DNA from: Dehalococcoidia bacterium
GTDB lineage: Bacteria > Chloroflexota > Dehalococcoidia > Lucifugimonadales > SHYT01
DNA: 64,000 nt
Reading direction: 5' to 3'
NCBI GenBank assembly: GCA_009692665.1
Contig: SHYT01000007.1
Coordinates: forward strand, 32,054-96,053
A model generated the notes under the pieces. The model was not told the DNA's origin. It saw nothing but the letters and a program-made list of their open reading frames with translations, and ran no database searches. Of the stretch, positions 27,632-37,348 are shown piece by piece (positions within the stretch are counted from its first letter, which is position 1; every line of letters begins with the position of its first letter). The position numbers were made by a program, and so were the translations under genes.

Positions 27632-29116
27632 ATGTCTACTATTCTTAGCGAGCTACAGCGGTTCGTTGTCTCCAAAGGCGTTCGCGCGTACCTGGTGGGC
27701 GGCTTCGTGCGCGATGCGCTCCTGGGGCGCGCTTCGCAGGATGTGGACGTGTGTGTGGACCGCAACGCCACGGACCTGGCACGCGAGTTTGCTGATGTTT
27801 TAGGTGGCGCGTTTGTGGTGCTGGATGCCGAGCGGGACGTGGCACGGGCAGTATTAGAGCGGCCTGGGGGCCACGTACATGTAGACTTTGCGCGTGTGCG
27901 CGGGGGCGGTATTGAGGCAGACCTGGCGCTCCGGGACTTCACTATCAACGCAATCGCTGTGCCATTCCCTCTGGCTGGCCAGGAGCCCGCTTCCTGGGAA
28001 TTGGTTGACCCGCTGCACGGGCGTGCAGACCTGGCTGCCAGCGTCATCCGCGTGGCAAGCTCTTCATCGTTCCGCGATGACCCGGTGCGACCGCTCAGAG
28101 CGATACGCTTTGTGGCGCAGCTTGGGTTCCACCTGGAGGACGCCACGCGGGCATTGCTGGAGCGGGATGGCTCGACGGTGGCAAACGCGTCGCCGGAGCG
28201 GGTGCGCGATGAATTCCTGAAGGCGCTGGCGCAGCCACGGGCAAGTCAAACGCTGCGGTTGACGGACTCGGTAGGCATCCTAGGTGTGCTCATTCCGGAG
28301 TTGACGGCGGGTAAGGGCGTGGACCAGCCGCCGGAACACTATTGGGACGTCTTTCTGCACAACATCGAATGCACGGCACGACTTGAGGAGATCCTTTCGG
28401 AGCGGCACCGTTCCGGCGAGGACAGCCTTCCGTTTCTGCGGGCCATTCCCTGGGAGCCTGCGCTGGACGCGCACTTTGCCGAAGAGTTTGCGGACGGCCA
28501 TACGCGGGCCACGTACCTGAAACTTATTGCGTTGTTGCATGATGTTGCCAAGCCGCAGACCAAAGCGTTCACGCCGGACAAGCGGATGAGGTTCTTTGGG
28601 CACCCTGAGCAGGGCGGCGCGCAGGCGGTGGACATCCTGCGCCGGCTACGCTGTAGTGAGCGCGCAGTAGACCACGCCCGCGTTATGATTGAGAACCACC
28701 TGCGGCCCAACCAGATGGCGGCCAAGCACCAGCTGCCCACGGACAAGGCGCTCTACCGCTACTATCGTGACGTTGGCGATGCGGCGGTGGACACGGTGTA
28801 CTTGTGCCTGGCAGACTATCTGGCTGCTCGAGGGCCGTGGCTGACCGAGCCGGAATGGCTGGAGCAGTGTGCCCTCATGCAGCACATCCTGGCCAAAGGC
28901 GCCGGGCAGACTGCGCTCACGGCGTTGCCCAAGCTGGTGGACGGCAATGATCTCCAGCAGGTGTTTGGGCTACAACCCGGCCCTGCGTTCCGTTCTTTGC
29001 TGGAATCGGTACGTGAGGCACAGGCGGCGGGTGAGGTGGCGACGCGCGAGCAAGCGCTGGCGCTGGTGGAGAGTCTCATCGCGCAAAACCAGCGCAAGGA
29101 TGCTAAAGTTTCTTAG
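27632..29116 (+). CDS. cca: CCA-adding tRNA nucleotidyltransferase / poly(A) polymerase family with HD domain
   Basis: YLVGGFVRDALLGR..QDVDV nucleotidyltransferase motif and HD region LLHDVAKP. Confidence 0.8.
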   Translation: MSTILSELQRFVVSKGVRAYLVGGFVRDALLGRASQDVDVCVDRNATDLAREFADVLGGAFVVLDAERDVARAVLERPGGHVHVDFARVRGGGIEADLALRDFTINAIAVPFPLAGQEPASWELVDPLHGRADLAASVIRVASSSSFRDDPVRPLRAIRFVAQLGFHLEDATRALLERDGSTVANASPERVRDEFLKALAQPRASQTLRLTDSVGILGVLIPELTAGKGVDQPPEHYWDVFLHNIECTARLEEILSERHRSGEDSLPFLRAIPWEPALDAHFAEEFADGHTRATYLKLIALLHDVAKPQTKAFTPDKRMRFFGHPEQGGAQAVDILRRLRCSERAVDHARVMIENHLRPNQMAAKHQLPTDKALYRYYRDVGDAAVDTVYLCLADYLAARGPWLTEPEWLEQCALMQHILAKGAGQTALTALPKLVDGNDLQQVFGLQPGPAFRSLLESVREAQAAGEVATREQALALVESLIAQNQRKDAKVS

Positions 29117-29164
29117 TGACTTTAACGCAATCGATTATTCAGGGTAGAACAGAGGACACAATAT

Positions 29165-30511
29165 ATGCTACGAGGGTTTGGACTACGGTTCCTCATCATC
29201 CTGCTTCTATTCGCGGCCGCTGGGGCGGCGCTGGCTATTCCCAAGTGGAGTGTGCTGGGCTTCACGCGTGGCACTAACGACATTCTGGGGTTGCGCCTGG
29301 GGTTGGACTTGCGCGGCGGTGCGCACCTGGTCTACCAGGCAAAGTCAGACACTACGACGGCGGACCAGATGCTGGGCGTAAGCAAAATCATTGAGCAGCG
29401 CGTGAACTCCTTTGGCGTGTCTGAGCCGACTATCCAGGTGCTGGGCAACAACCGCATCCTGGTGCAACTGCCGGGTGTATCCAATATTGAAGAGGCCAAG
29501 AACCTGATTGGCGACACAGCACAGCTTACCTTCAAAGAGCGCACCTGTTTAGACGCCGCCTGTAGCAAGTTTGAAGATAAAGATGTTGGACTCACCGGCG
29601 ATAACCTGAAGCAGGCGTACCCAGGGCAGCAGCCCACCACGGGTAAACCCATTGTCAACATTGAGTTTGATAGCGCGGGCGCTGAAATTTTCGGCCAACT
29701 GACGAGGCGGCTTGTGGACACTCCCAACCGCATCGCAGTGTTCCTGGACAATAGGGAGCTCCTTGCTCCCGTGGCGCAATCGGTCATCACGGATGGCCGC
29801 GCCTTCATTGAAGGCCCGGACTTCACCTCTGAGAAAGTCCGCACGCTGAGCATTCAGCTTGAGTCAGGCCGTCTGCCGGTGCCCATAGAGGTCATCCAGG
29901 AGCAAGACGTGGATGCCACGCTGGGGCAAGACGCGTTGGACCGCAGCCTGGTGGCCGGCCTGGTAGGCCTTGGCCTGGTGGTCCTTTTCATGATCCTGTA
30001 CTACAAGCTGCCGGGCCTGCTTTCAGGCTTTGCACTCATGGTCTACGTGGCGCTTGTGCTGGTGGTCTTCAAGGTGGTGCCCGTCACGCTGACGCTGGCG
30101 GGCATTGCGGGTTTTATTCTGTCCATCGGTATGGCAGTAGACGCCAATGTGCTCATCTTTGAGCGCATGAAAGAGGAGTTGCGAAGCGGCAAGAGCTTGG
30201 TGTCAGCCGTGGACGCGGGCTTTGCACGCGCGTGGCCGTCCATCCGCGACAGCAACATCTCTACAATGATTTCCACGGCAATCCTGCTCTGGTTTGGCAC
30301 GCGGCTTGGCGCGAGCGTGGTGACCGGCTTTGCGTTCACACTGCTCATTGGCGTGCTCATCAGCATGTTCAGTGCCATCTTCGTGAGCCGCACTTTCTTG
30401 CGGTTAATTGTGAGCACACCGCTGGGGCGGCACCGGGCGCTCTTTGAGCATGGGAGCGATTCCCGGCGCGCCACGCCTGCCGGCTCACCTGTTATGAGGA
30501 GCAATTCATGA
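29165..30511 (+). CDS. secD: Protein translocase subunit SecD
   Basis: LGLDLRGG, periplasmic domain, six C-terminal TM segments. Confidence 0.9.
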   Translation: MLRGFGLRFLIILLLFAAAGAALAIPKWSVLGFTRGTNDILGLRLGLDLRGGAHLVYQAKSDTTTADQMLGVSKIIEQRVNSFGVSEPTIQVLGNNRILVQLPGVSNIEEAKNLIGDTAQLTFKERTCLDAACSKFEDKDVGLTGDNLKQAYPGQQPTTGKPIVNIEFDSAGAEIFGQLTRRLVDTPNRIAVFLDNRELLAPVAQSVITDGRAFIEGPDFTSEKVRTLSIQLESGRLPVPIEVIQEQDVDATLGQDALDRSLVAGLVGLGLVVLFMILYYKLPGLLSGFALMVYVALVLVVFKVVPVTLTLAGIAGFILSIGMAVDANVLIFERMKEELRSGKSLVSAVDAGFARAWPSIRDSNISTMISTAILLWFGTRLGASVVTGFAFTLLIGVLISMFSAIFVSRTFLRLIVSTPLGRHRALFEHGSDSRRATPAGSPVMRSNS

Positions 30512-31740
30512 TCGACTTTGTACGCTATCGCTGGTGGTTCATTCTCTTCTCGCTGGTTGTCATCGTCCCTGGTGTTATCTCGATGCTCATTCCACCGGCA
30601 TTCCGGATAGGCATTGAATTTGCAGGCGGCTCAGCACTGTCCGTTGACTTCAACAGGCCAGTAGAGGAATCGACTGTGCGTGACGCGCTGAACCAAGCGG
30701 GCCACGGTGAAGCGATTATTCAGCGCGTTGGAGATACCGGCTATCTCATCCGCACTAGGACGCTGGCTGAGGCGCAACGTGACACACAGAGCGGCACGGC
30801 GCAGCCCAGCGATCGCACCAAGATTGAAAACGCCCTTTTGAGCCGTATTGACCCGAATCCTGCTTCAAAGCTCACGATGACGTTTGACAAGCCAGTGGAC
30901 GAAGCCGCCCTTAAGACCGAGTTGTCCGCGCTTGGCCATCAGAGCACCGCTGTAACAAAAGTCAACAACACAACGTACACTGTGCAGGACCAATTCAAGC
31001 CGGGTGTCTTTGGCACTGATGGCGCGGTGGTCACGCCGCCTGAGCGGGAAACGCTGGTTACGGCATTGAGTAGCAAGCTTGGCGCCGTGGGAACGCTGGC
31101 GAAGACCGAAACGGTGAACCCGTGGAGAACCTTTGATGTGAGCTCCGTATCTGCGGTGATAGCGCAGGAGACCGTCCGCAATGCCATTCTCGCAGTAGTG
31201 GCGGCGTGTTTTGTCATCTTGCTGTTCATCTGGCTTGCGTTCCGCAAAGTCCAGGGCGCCTTTGTCATGGGCGCCACAGCAGTGATAGCAGTGGTCCACG
31301 ACGTACTCGTCACCCTGGGCATGTTCTCCATTCTCAGCAAGTTCATGCCCATTGAAGTGAACGCCATGTTCATCACAGGCATGTTGACCGTGGTGGGCTA
31401 CAGCGTGCACGACACCATCGTGGTGTTTGATCGTATCCGCGAGAATTCACTGCGGTATCCGTCCCGTGACCTAGCGACGAACGTGAACTTTAGCTTGTCG
31501 CAGACCTTGGGCCGGTCCATTAACACCTCTGTTACCACGCTCATTGTCATTGTTACGTTGCTGGCGCTAGGCGGCCAGACCATCGAGAGTTTCCTACTAA
31601 TACTGCTTATCGGCATCATAACCGGAACATACAGCTCTATCTTTGTAGCCAGCCAGATGCTCATTATCTGGTGGAAGCACGAGCTTCTTGGGCCGTTCTC
31701 ACGCAAGCGCAGCGCGGAGGCTACGGCCACCGTACGGTAA
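30508..31740 (+). CDS. secF: Protein translocase subunit SecF (extended periplasmic domain)
   Basis: ATGA overlap with secD. GIEFAGG and a SecF TM core. 410 aa. Confidence 0.85.
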   Translation: MIDFVRYRWWFILFSLVVIVPGVISMLIPPAFRIGIEFAGGSALSVDFNRPVEESTVRDALNQAGHGEAIIQRVGDTGYLIRTRTLAEAQRDTQSGTAQPSDRTKIENALLSRIDPNPASKLTMTFDKPVDEAALKTELSALGHQSTAVTKVNNTTYTVQDQFKPGVFGTDGAVVTPPERETLVTALSSKLGAVGTLAKTETVNPWRTFDVSSVSAVIAQETVRNAILAVVAACFVILLFIWLAFRKVQGAFVMGATAVIAVVHDVLVTLGMFSILSKFMPIEVNAMFITGMLTVVGYSVHDTIVVFDRIRENSLRYPSRDLATNVNFSLSQTLGRSINTSVTTLIVIVTLLALGGQTIESFLLILLIGIITGTYSSIFVASQMLIIWWKHELLGPFSRKRSAEATATVR

Positions 31741-31777
31741 CTGGGCGCGGGAGCTCTGCACTTGAGCTGTCGTAGCA

Positions 31778-31820
31778 AAGTAGGGGCATTCTTCTTTGGG
31801 AGGACGCCCCTACTTTTTTT
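31778..31820 (+). terminator. Rho-independent terminator after secF
   Basis: AAAGTAGGGGC..GCCCCTACTTT followed by TTTTTT. Confidence 0.8.
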
Positions 31821-31969
31821 GGAACCTGGGAGTATCCGGCTGTGGTTCGCAGGACTGTAGAAGCGCAGCCACTGTCCTGAGCGCAGTCGAAGGAATGCTG
31901 CACCTCTACCCAATATTGAGGCGCTGCCGTATATAGTTAAGGCTCAGGATTGTAACTGAGGAGATTCGC

Positions 31970-32827
31970 ATGAAAATCGGCGCGCATGTCTCTGCTGCGG
32001 GCGGCGTGGACAAGGCGATTGACCGCGCTCAGGAAATGGGCTGCGAGACTATTCAGCTCTCCGCGTCGTCACCCCGAAGCTGGGCGTTCAAGCCGCTCGC
32101 CGACACCGCAGTCCAAGCGTTCCGAGAGAAGTCTACCAAGACCGGCATCAAGCCCGCGTTCCTCCACGCCATCTACATGATCAACCTCGGCACCGGCGAC
32201 CCGGTGAACCTGGAGAAGTCAGTAGATTCGCTCACCAAAGCCATGCAGGCGGCGGGACAGATTGGCGCGCAGGGCGTCATCTTCCACGTCGGCAGCCACA
32301 AAGGCGCGGGGTATGACGGCGTGTTCAAGCAAGTCGTCGGCGCCATGGAAAAGGTGCTGAAGCAATCGCCCAAAGAGCCGTACCTGATGATTGAGAACAG
32401 TGCGGGCATGGGCCAGCACCTGGGCTCCAGCTTCGAGGAAGTCGGGCAGTTCATTAAAGCGCTGCAAACAAAGCAGGTGCGCGTCTGCTTGGATACACAG
32501 CACGCTTTCGCGGCTGGCTACGACCTGAGGAAGAAGGGTCCGTTAGCCGAGGCCATGGAAAAGTTCGACCAGCACATCGGCCTTGAGCGGTTGATCGCCG
32601 TTCACGCCAACGATTCCAAGCAGGAGCTCGGCTCCGGCGTGGACCGCCACGAGAACATCGGGGAGGGCAAGATTGGCACAGCAGGCTTTGAGACCATCAT
32701 GGCCAATCCCGCGTTTAAAGACGTCAACTTTCTTTTGGAAGTACCGGGATTTGAGAACATGGGGCCGGACAAAGAAAATGTGGACCGCCTGAAGGCCGCC
32801 CGCGCCAAGATCGGCGGCAAGCGGTAA
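31970..32827 (+). CDS. nfo: Endonuclease IV
   Basis: MKIGAHVS..GG N-terminus and a TIM-barrel Nfo-like sequence with HANDSK. Confidence 0.9.
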   Translation: MKIGAHVSAAGGVDKAIDRAQEMGCETIQLSASSPRSWAFKPLADTAVQAFREKSTKTGIKPAFLHAIYMINLGTGDPVNLEKSVDSLTKAMQAAGQIGAQGVIFHVGSHKGAGYDGVFKQVVGAMEKVLKQSPKEPYLMIENSAGMGQHLGSSFEEVGQFIKALQTKQVRVCLDTQHAFAAGYDLRKKGPLAEAMEKFDQHIGLERLIAVHANDSKQELGSGVDRHENIGEGKIGTAGFETIMANPAFKDVNFLLEVPGFENMGPDKENVDRLKAARAKIGGKR

Positions 32828-32831
32828 CGCC

Positions 32832-33206
32832 GTGCGCATGACCCGCCGCGCCTTCCGCCGCATGGTCCAGCAAGCTATGAATGGCCTGCCAGAAACTATC
32901 ACGTCAGTGCTGGACAACGTGGCAATCGTGGTCGAGCCGGAGCCGACCGAAGAACAGCTTGACCGCATGCGGATGGATAGGCACGACACGCTCTTTGGCC
33001 TCTTCGAAGGCGTGCCGCTCCCCCAACGCACCAGTGACTACGGCATGGTGCTGCCCGATAAAATCACACTCTTTCAGCACCCGTTGGAGGACGCAACTGG
33101 TTCTTCAGCCGAGTTGCAGCAAGAAATCACAAAGACCATTGTCCACGAAATCGCACACCACGTCGGCTGGTCTGACGCGGACGTCGAGCGCATGGGGTAC
33201 GGGTAG
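32832..33206 (+). CDS. Zincin-like metallopeptidase family protein (DUF1025-type)
   Basis: 124 aa with VHEIAHHVGWSDADVERMGY. Confidence 0.65.
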   Translation: MRMTRRAFRRMVQQAMNGLPETITSVLDNVAIVVEPEPTEEQLDRMRMDRHDTLFGLFEGVPLPQRTSDYGMVLPDKITLFQHPLEDATGSSAELQQEITKTIVHEIAHHVGWSDADVERMGYG

Positions 33207-33211
33207 CACCG

Positions 33212-34297
33212 TTACGCCGGCTTGTACCGCGCCGCCCGCATAGGCTTCGACGCACGCACCTGCCGGATGCGCTCCTCCGCCACAAAGTCCGCGGCCCTGG
33301 CGGTAGGAATGCCCTGCTGTTTGGAGACGCTGATAACCTTAGCGACCGCGTCGTACAGCGTCATCACGTGCTCGCGTGCTGCCTCTTCTGAGTACCGTTG
33401 CCCTATCTCGTGGGAGATGTTAATGACGCCGCCTGCGTTAATGACGTAGTCCGGCGCATAGAGAATCCCGTGTTTGTGAAGGTCGTCGCCGTCGGCAGCG
33501 GTGGCAAGCTGGTTGTTCGCACTGCCCGCTATCACCTTGCATTTCAGCCGTGGAATTGTGTTGCTGTTCATTGTGGCCCCTAACGCGCACGGCGAAAACA
33601 CCTGGCACGGCGCGTCGTAGATGGCCTCCGGGTCTTCGACAATCTCGCAGCCCATCGCCGCAGCACGTTTTAGCGCGTCCTTGTTAATGTCCGTGACGAT
33701 CATGTGCGCGCCCGCCGTCTTCAAGTGCTCCGCCATGTAGCCGGCCACCTTGCCGAAGCCCTGAATCGCCACCGTCATGCCGCGCATGGAGTCCGTGAAG
33801 TACGCTTCCTTCACGCATGCCAGCATGCCCCGGTAAATCCCAAGTCCCGTAGCATCCGAAGGATCGCCGCTGCCGCCCATGGAGCGCGGGAGCCCGGTGA
33901 CATGCGATGTGACCTGGCTGATGATGACCATATCATTAGTGGTGGAGCCCACATCTTCGGTGGTAATGTACCGCCCACCGAGCGTGTCCACATACCGCGC
34001 AAAGATGCGCAGCATCGCTTCGTTCTTCTGCGTGCGGGGATCTGCCCAAATGAGCGCTTTGCCGCCGCCCAGGTGGAGGCCCGCAGCCGAGTTCTTGTAC
34101 GTCATGCCGCGCGCCAGCCGCAGCACGTCCGTGATAGCGTCCTCTTCCGTCTTGTGCGGCCAAATGCGGCACCCGCCCAGGGATGGCCCCAGTGTGGTGT
34201 CATGCACCGCGATGAACGCCTTGAGCCCGGTGCCCTTGTCCACGCAGACCAGGAGCTGCTCATAATCGTACTGGGCCATCGTCTCTGTAATAGCCAT
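33212..34297 (-). CDS. Leucine dehydrogenase (Glu/Leu/Phe/Val dehydrogenase family)
   Basis: GLHLGGGKA catalytic lysine context and Rossmann GFGKVAG. Confidence 0.85.
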   Translation of the reverse strand: MAITETMAQYDYEQLLVCVDKGTGLKAFIAVHDTTLGPSLGGCRIWPHKTEEDAITDVLRLARGMTYKNSAAGLHLGGGKALIWADPRTQKNEAMLRIFARYVDTLGGRYITTEDVGSTTNDMVIISQVTSHVTGLPRSMGGSGDPSDATGLGIYRGMLACVKEAYFTDSMRGMTVAIQGFGKVAGYMAEHLKTAGAHMIVTDINKDALKRAAAMGCEIVEDPEAIYDAPCQVFSPCALGATMNSNTIPRLKCKVIAGSANNQLATAADGDDLHKHGILYAPDYVINAGGVINISHEIGQRYSEEAAREHVMTLYDAVAKVISVSKQQGIPTARAADFVAEERIRQVRASKPMRAARYKPA

Positions 34298-34392
34298 CGC
34301 GCACTCCTTATATCAGCACGCTTTCAGCCCGCAGGACGCTCTTAAGAAAATAGTAACACGCAGGACGCTGGCCTATTGGACTAGTGCGCGCT

Positions 34393-34428
34393 TAAAAAGA
34401 GAGAACCCCTAAAGTCAGGGGTTCTCTG
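34393..34428 (-). terminator. Rho-independent terminator after the VOC gene
   Basis: On the minus strand: AGAGAACCCCT-loop-AGGGGTTCTCT followed by CTTTTTAAG. Confidence 0.75.
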
Positions 34429-34446
34429 GACTAGCCGTTTCGGACG

Positions 34447-34830
34447 CTAACTAGGCTTTGGCGGTGCGGGCGCTCGCTGGAAGACGATGTGCTCGTTGCC
34501 CTCGGGGTCCGCAAACGCGATGTAGTCGTAGCCAGGGCCCTTCTTAATGTCCGTCAGAACTTTCACGCCTTTCATCTTCAGGTCTTGCATTGCCGCCTGA
34601 ATGTTCTCAGTTGTGAAGTTCACCATGAGCGGCGGGTGCCCCTTGGCCTTTGCGAACGCCGGAAAATTCGGCCCCTCCAGCGCAAACCGCACCGCGCCGG
34701 TGTCGAACATCGCGTATTCGTGCGCCTCGTCCACCATGCGCGGCTTCAGGCCCACCTTGTCGCGGTAGAACTCCAACTGCTGCTTCCAGTTGTCCACCCG
34801 CAGTGTGACAATGCCCACTTGGCTGACCAT
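34447..34830 (-). CDS. VOC (glyoxalase/bleomycin resistance) family protein
   Basis: 127 aa with the beta-alpha-beta-beta-beta pattern typical of VOC proteins. Confidence 0.7.
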   Translation of the reverse strand: MVSQVGIVTLRVDNWKQQLEFYRDKVGLKPRMVDEAHEYAMFDTGAVRFALEGPNFPAFAKAKGHPPLMVNFTTENIQAAMQDLKMKGVKVLTDIKKGPGYDYIAFADPEGNEHIVFQRAPAPPKPS

Positions 34831-35020
34831 CTCTCACCTCACCCATTTGGTTGCGCGGCACGATGCCGTGCGGGGGACAGTATACTGGAAGAGAGCGATC
34901 CGTGGAACCGATGATTCGGACAGAGTGCTATGCTACCAATAAGCCAATTTAGTGTCCCTGACCTCTACAATCCAAGTGCAATCGCATCAGCGCTTTTTGT
35001 TTGGGGAGGCATAAAACAGA

Positions 35021-35221
35021 ATGGTTCGAATCGTATCCAATGAAACTCTCCGTAATCGAACCGGATACTTGGCCGATATCGACCTCGACTCGATTCAAGC
35101 CCAAAGTCGCTACTTCCCCCTGCTGGAGGCTCATTTCAAAGCCAGAGCCAGCGTTTCTAACGACCTGCCTGCTCAGCACTCAATACGGCCCAGGCGTGTC
35201 ATAGCCGCCCTCTACCGTTGA
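35021..35221 (+). CDS. small hypothetical ORF, possibly the frameshifted 5' part of the next gene
   Basis: ATG 11 nt after GGGGAGG (35003-35009). 66 aa. The next ORF's frame is already open from 35205. Confidence 0.3.
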   Translation: MVRIVSNETLRNRTGYLADIDLDSIQAQSRYFPLLEAHFKARASVSNDLPAQHSIRPRRVIAALYR

Positions 35222-35258
35222 TGTTCATTTCCCGCTGAGTCCATTAGCCATTGAGCGG

Positions 35259-35822
35259 TTGGATCAATTACTTCGAGGTTCGCATTTGAATATGACGATC
35301 ATTGCCGCTGGGATCGGCGAGTACCACGTTAACGGTCAGATGCTTCCTTTCCAATTCGAACCAGTCAGCGTATCAAAACGCATTTCAGTGACAGACTGGA
35401 TCACGAATGTGCTTGAGCCAATTGGGTGGAATAAATTTGTGAACCTGTCATTTTCGATTCCTACCGTAGAGTCCGCTGGGTTCTCTGACGCTCTGCGTCA
35501 ACTAGAGAATGTGAATAGTCGTTATCTCCAAGGGGACGACAGAGGAGTCCTTGCAGCGGCGTATGACGCAATAGATCCAGTAATGTTTTCTCAGAGACAA
35601 ACCCTCCTGCAGTGTGTGTCAAATCCAAGTAAACGCGCGGCAATAGACTCCCTAATTGAAACTGCCCATCGGTTCTTCAATGGAGGGAGACATGTGCCTG
35701 AAGAGCGCAGAACTCGAGGAGGGTTTGAAGTAGACCATATCGATGGCGAGTACGCACGTCTGCTTTCCGGTATTACTGGCGCATATTTAGCTAAACGCTT
35801 AGAGAGTGTGAGACCTGGATGA
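35259..35822 (+). CDS. hypothetical protein, translationally coupled to NurA
   Basis: 187 aa (TTG 35259, or ATG 35292). Low-GC coding DNA. Its stop overlaps the NurA ATG (ATGA at 35819-35822). No family recognised. Confidence 0.6.
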   Translation: MDQLLRGSHLNMTIIAAGIGEYHVNGQMLPFQFEPVSVSKRISVTDWITNVLEPIGWNKFVNLSFSIPTVESAGFSDALRQLENVNSRYLQGDDRGVLAAAYDAIDPVMFSQRQTLLQCVSNPSKRAAIDSLIETAHRFFNGGRHVPEERRTRGGFEVDHIDGEYARLLSGITGAYLAKRLESVRPG

Positions 35823-37039
35823 GTCTTGACCTATCCCGCACCATCGCGCAGGTCCGCGACCTCGCCACGCGCATGCGCGGCACCCGTGACGATCGCGCTT
35901 CCCGTCTGCGCCGCGCCGTTCAAGTCCTCTCCGGCTCCGAGCGCGAGGCGCTGAAAGACCGCGCCAAGCGAGCCGAGAACAAGACCTTCTTCCTCGCCGC
36001 GGAACCCCTTGGCGAGCCGGGTGAACGCCATGCCGCGCCCCACTTGCCGCCGGATTACACCGCGCTGTCCGTCGACGGTTCTCACATAGATGTGGAGCGC
36101 CACCTCGCCGCGCGCTGTTACGTTATCAACATCGGCGCGTGCATGCTCACCTATGGCCTGCACCCGGACGCCACGCTCGTAAACGAGCCCACACTTTATG
36201 CCACAGACGAGCAGCTTGCCATCCGAAACAACCAGGACGCTACGCAAGAGGAGCATATCCAGGGCGCTCTGCTCGGCATCAAGCGCACTGTGGAGGAGTT
36301 CAAAGCCCTTGCCGATTTCGCCAAGCTCGCGCCCGCTACACCCACCGTCGCCTTCGTGGACGGCTCGCTCATCCTGTGGGAGCTCGGTGGCTCGCCGAAC
36401 GGCCGCTTTCCTGATTATGTCCGCAGCGCGATGCTCCAGTACGGCATGCTCCCCGCGTTTGACGCACTCCGCAAGCTCTCCTCCTCGGCGCGCCCGCTGG
36501 CCCTCTGCGCCTACGTCAGCCTCCCCAACGGCAGCGAGGTCGCCAACACCACGCGACTCGCCCTCTGCACGTTCCCCGTTGCCGACTGCCGTCTGCACTG
36601 CAAAGCAATCAAGCCTGGCCAGCGCCAATGCGACGCCGTCCACAACCTCGTAGATCGTGACCTCATGGTCGAGATGCTCGTCCCCGGCGAGCGCTCTGCC
36701 ATATTCCGCACGCGCCTCGCCATGGTTCGCGAGTATGGCGACGACCACCAGGTCTGCTTCTTCTACCTCAACGTCGGCAACGAAATTGCCCGCATCGAAA
36801 TCCCCCAGTGGGTCGCCGACGACCGCGCCCTGCTCGACCTCGTGCACGCCGCCGCGCTCGACCAGGCCCGCCGTGGCGATGGCTACCCACCTGTCATCCA
36901 GGAAGCGCATGAGCAAGCCGTCATCAGCACAGAAGACCGCGCCCAGTTTCGCATGATGGTGGACGAAGCACTGGAGGGTGAACGCCTCCCAGCGTACACC
37001 TCTGAGAAACAACGCTCCAAACGCTTTCGCTGGGTTTAG
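35819..37039 (+). CDS. nurA: NurA-domain 5'-3' nuclease
   Basis: SVDGSHIDV and AFVDGSLILWEL aspartate motifs, and C-terminal GDGYPPVIQEAHEQAVIS. Confidence 0.8.
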   Translation: MSLDLSRTIAQVRDLATRMRGTRDDRASRLRRAVQVLSGSEREALKDRAKRAENKTFFLAAEPLGEPGERHAAPHLPPDYTALSVDGSHIDVERHLAARCYVINIGACMLTYGLHPDATLVNEPTLYATDEQLAIRNNQDATQEEHIQGALLGIKRTVEEFKALADFAKLAPATPTVAFVDGSLILWELGGSPNGRFPDYVRSAMLQYGMLPAFDALRKLSSSARPLALCAYVSLPNGSEVANTTRLALCTFPVADCRLHCKAIKPGQRQCDAVHNLVDRDLMVEMLVPGERSAIFRTRLAMVREYGDDHQVCFFYLNVGNEIARIEIPQWVADDRALLDLVHAAALDQARRGDGYPPVIQEAHEQAVISTEDRAQFRMMVDEALEGERLPAYTSEKQRSKRFRWV

Positions 37040-37348
37040 CTCGTACCCGCGGCAACTGGTGAACGCCGAGGCCATCACGTCTTGCGATGTGCCGGACGAG
37101 CAGGCGCCGCAGTAAAGTAGTTGGTGCAGGCCACGCCGTCCGCCGTTTTCGTTTGTTGTGACAACTTCCCGTTGGCGGTTGCCAGCAAGTACGATACACT
37201 TCCCCAGGGCGTCGCGATAGCTCTTCAATGTACTCGCGGTTTGGTAGGCCCCTGCGCCATCCCAGGAAATGTAAGAACAGCAGAACATTTTGCGGGAGGC
37301 GCAGGAGTCACCAAGATATACGCCTCATAGGCCGAGGGGGATTTGCGC

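Noticed and set aside
35831-37288. 485-aa minus-strand ORF covering all of NurA. Similar long antisense ORFs occur at 37588..38646, 62435..63799, 8962..10014 and 24293..25258.
   Set aside because: These are shadow ORFs, typical of high-GC coding regions. In each case the opposite strand encodes a protein with clear family motifs, and the antisense translations are Arg/Ala/Gly-rich with no recognisable domains.
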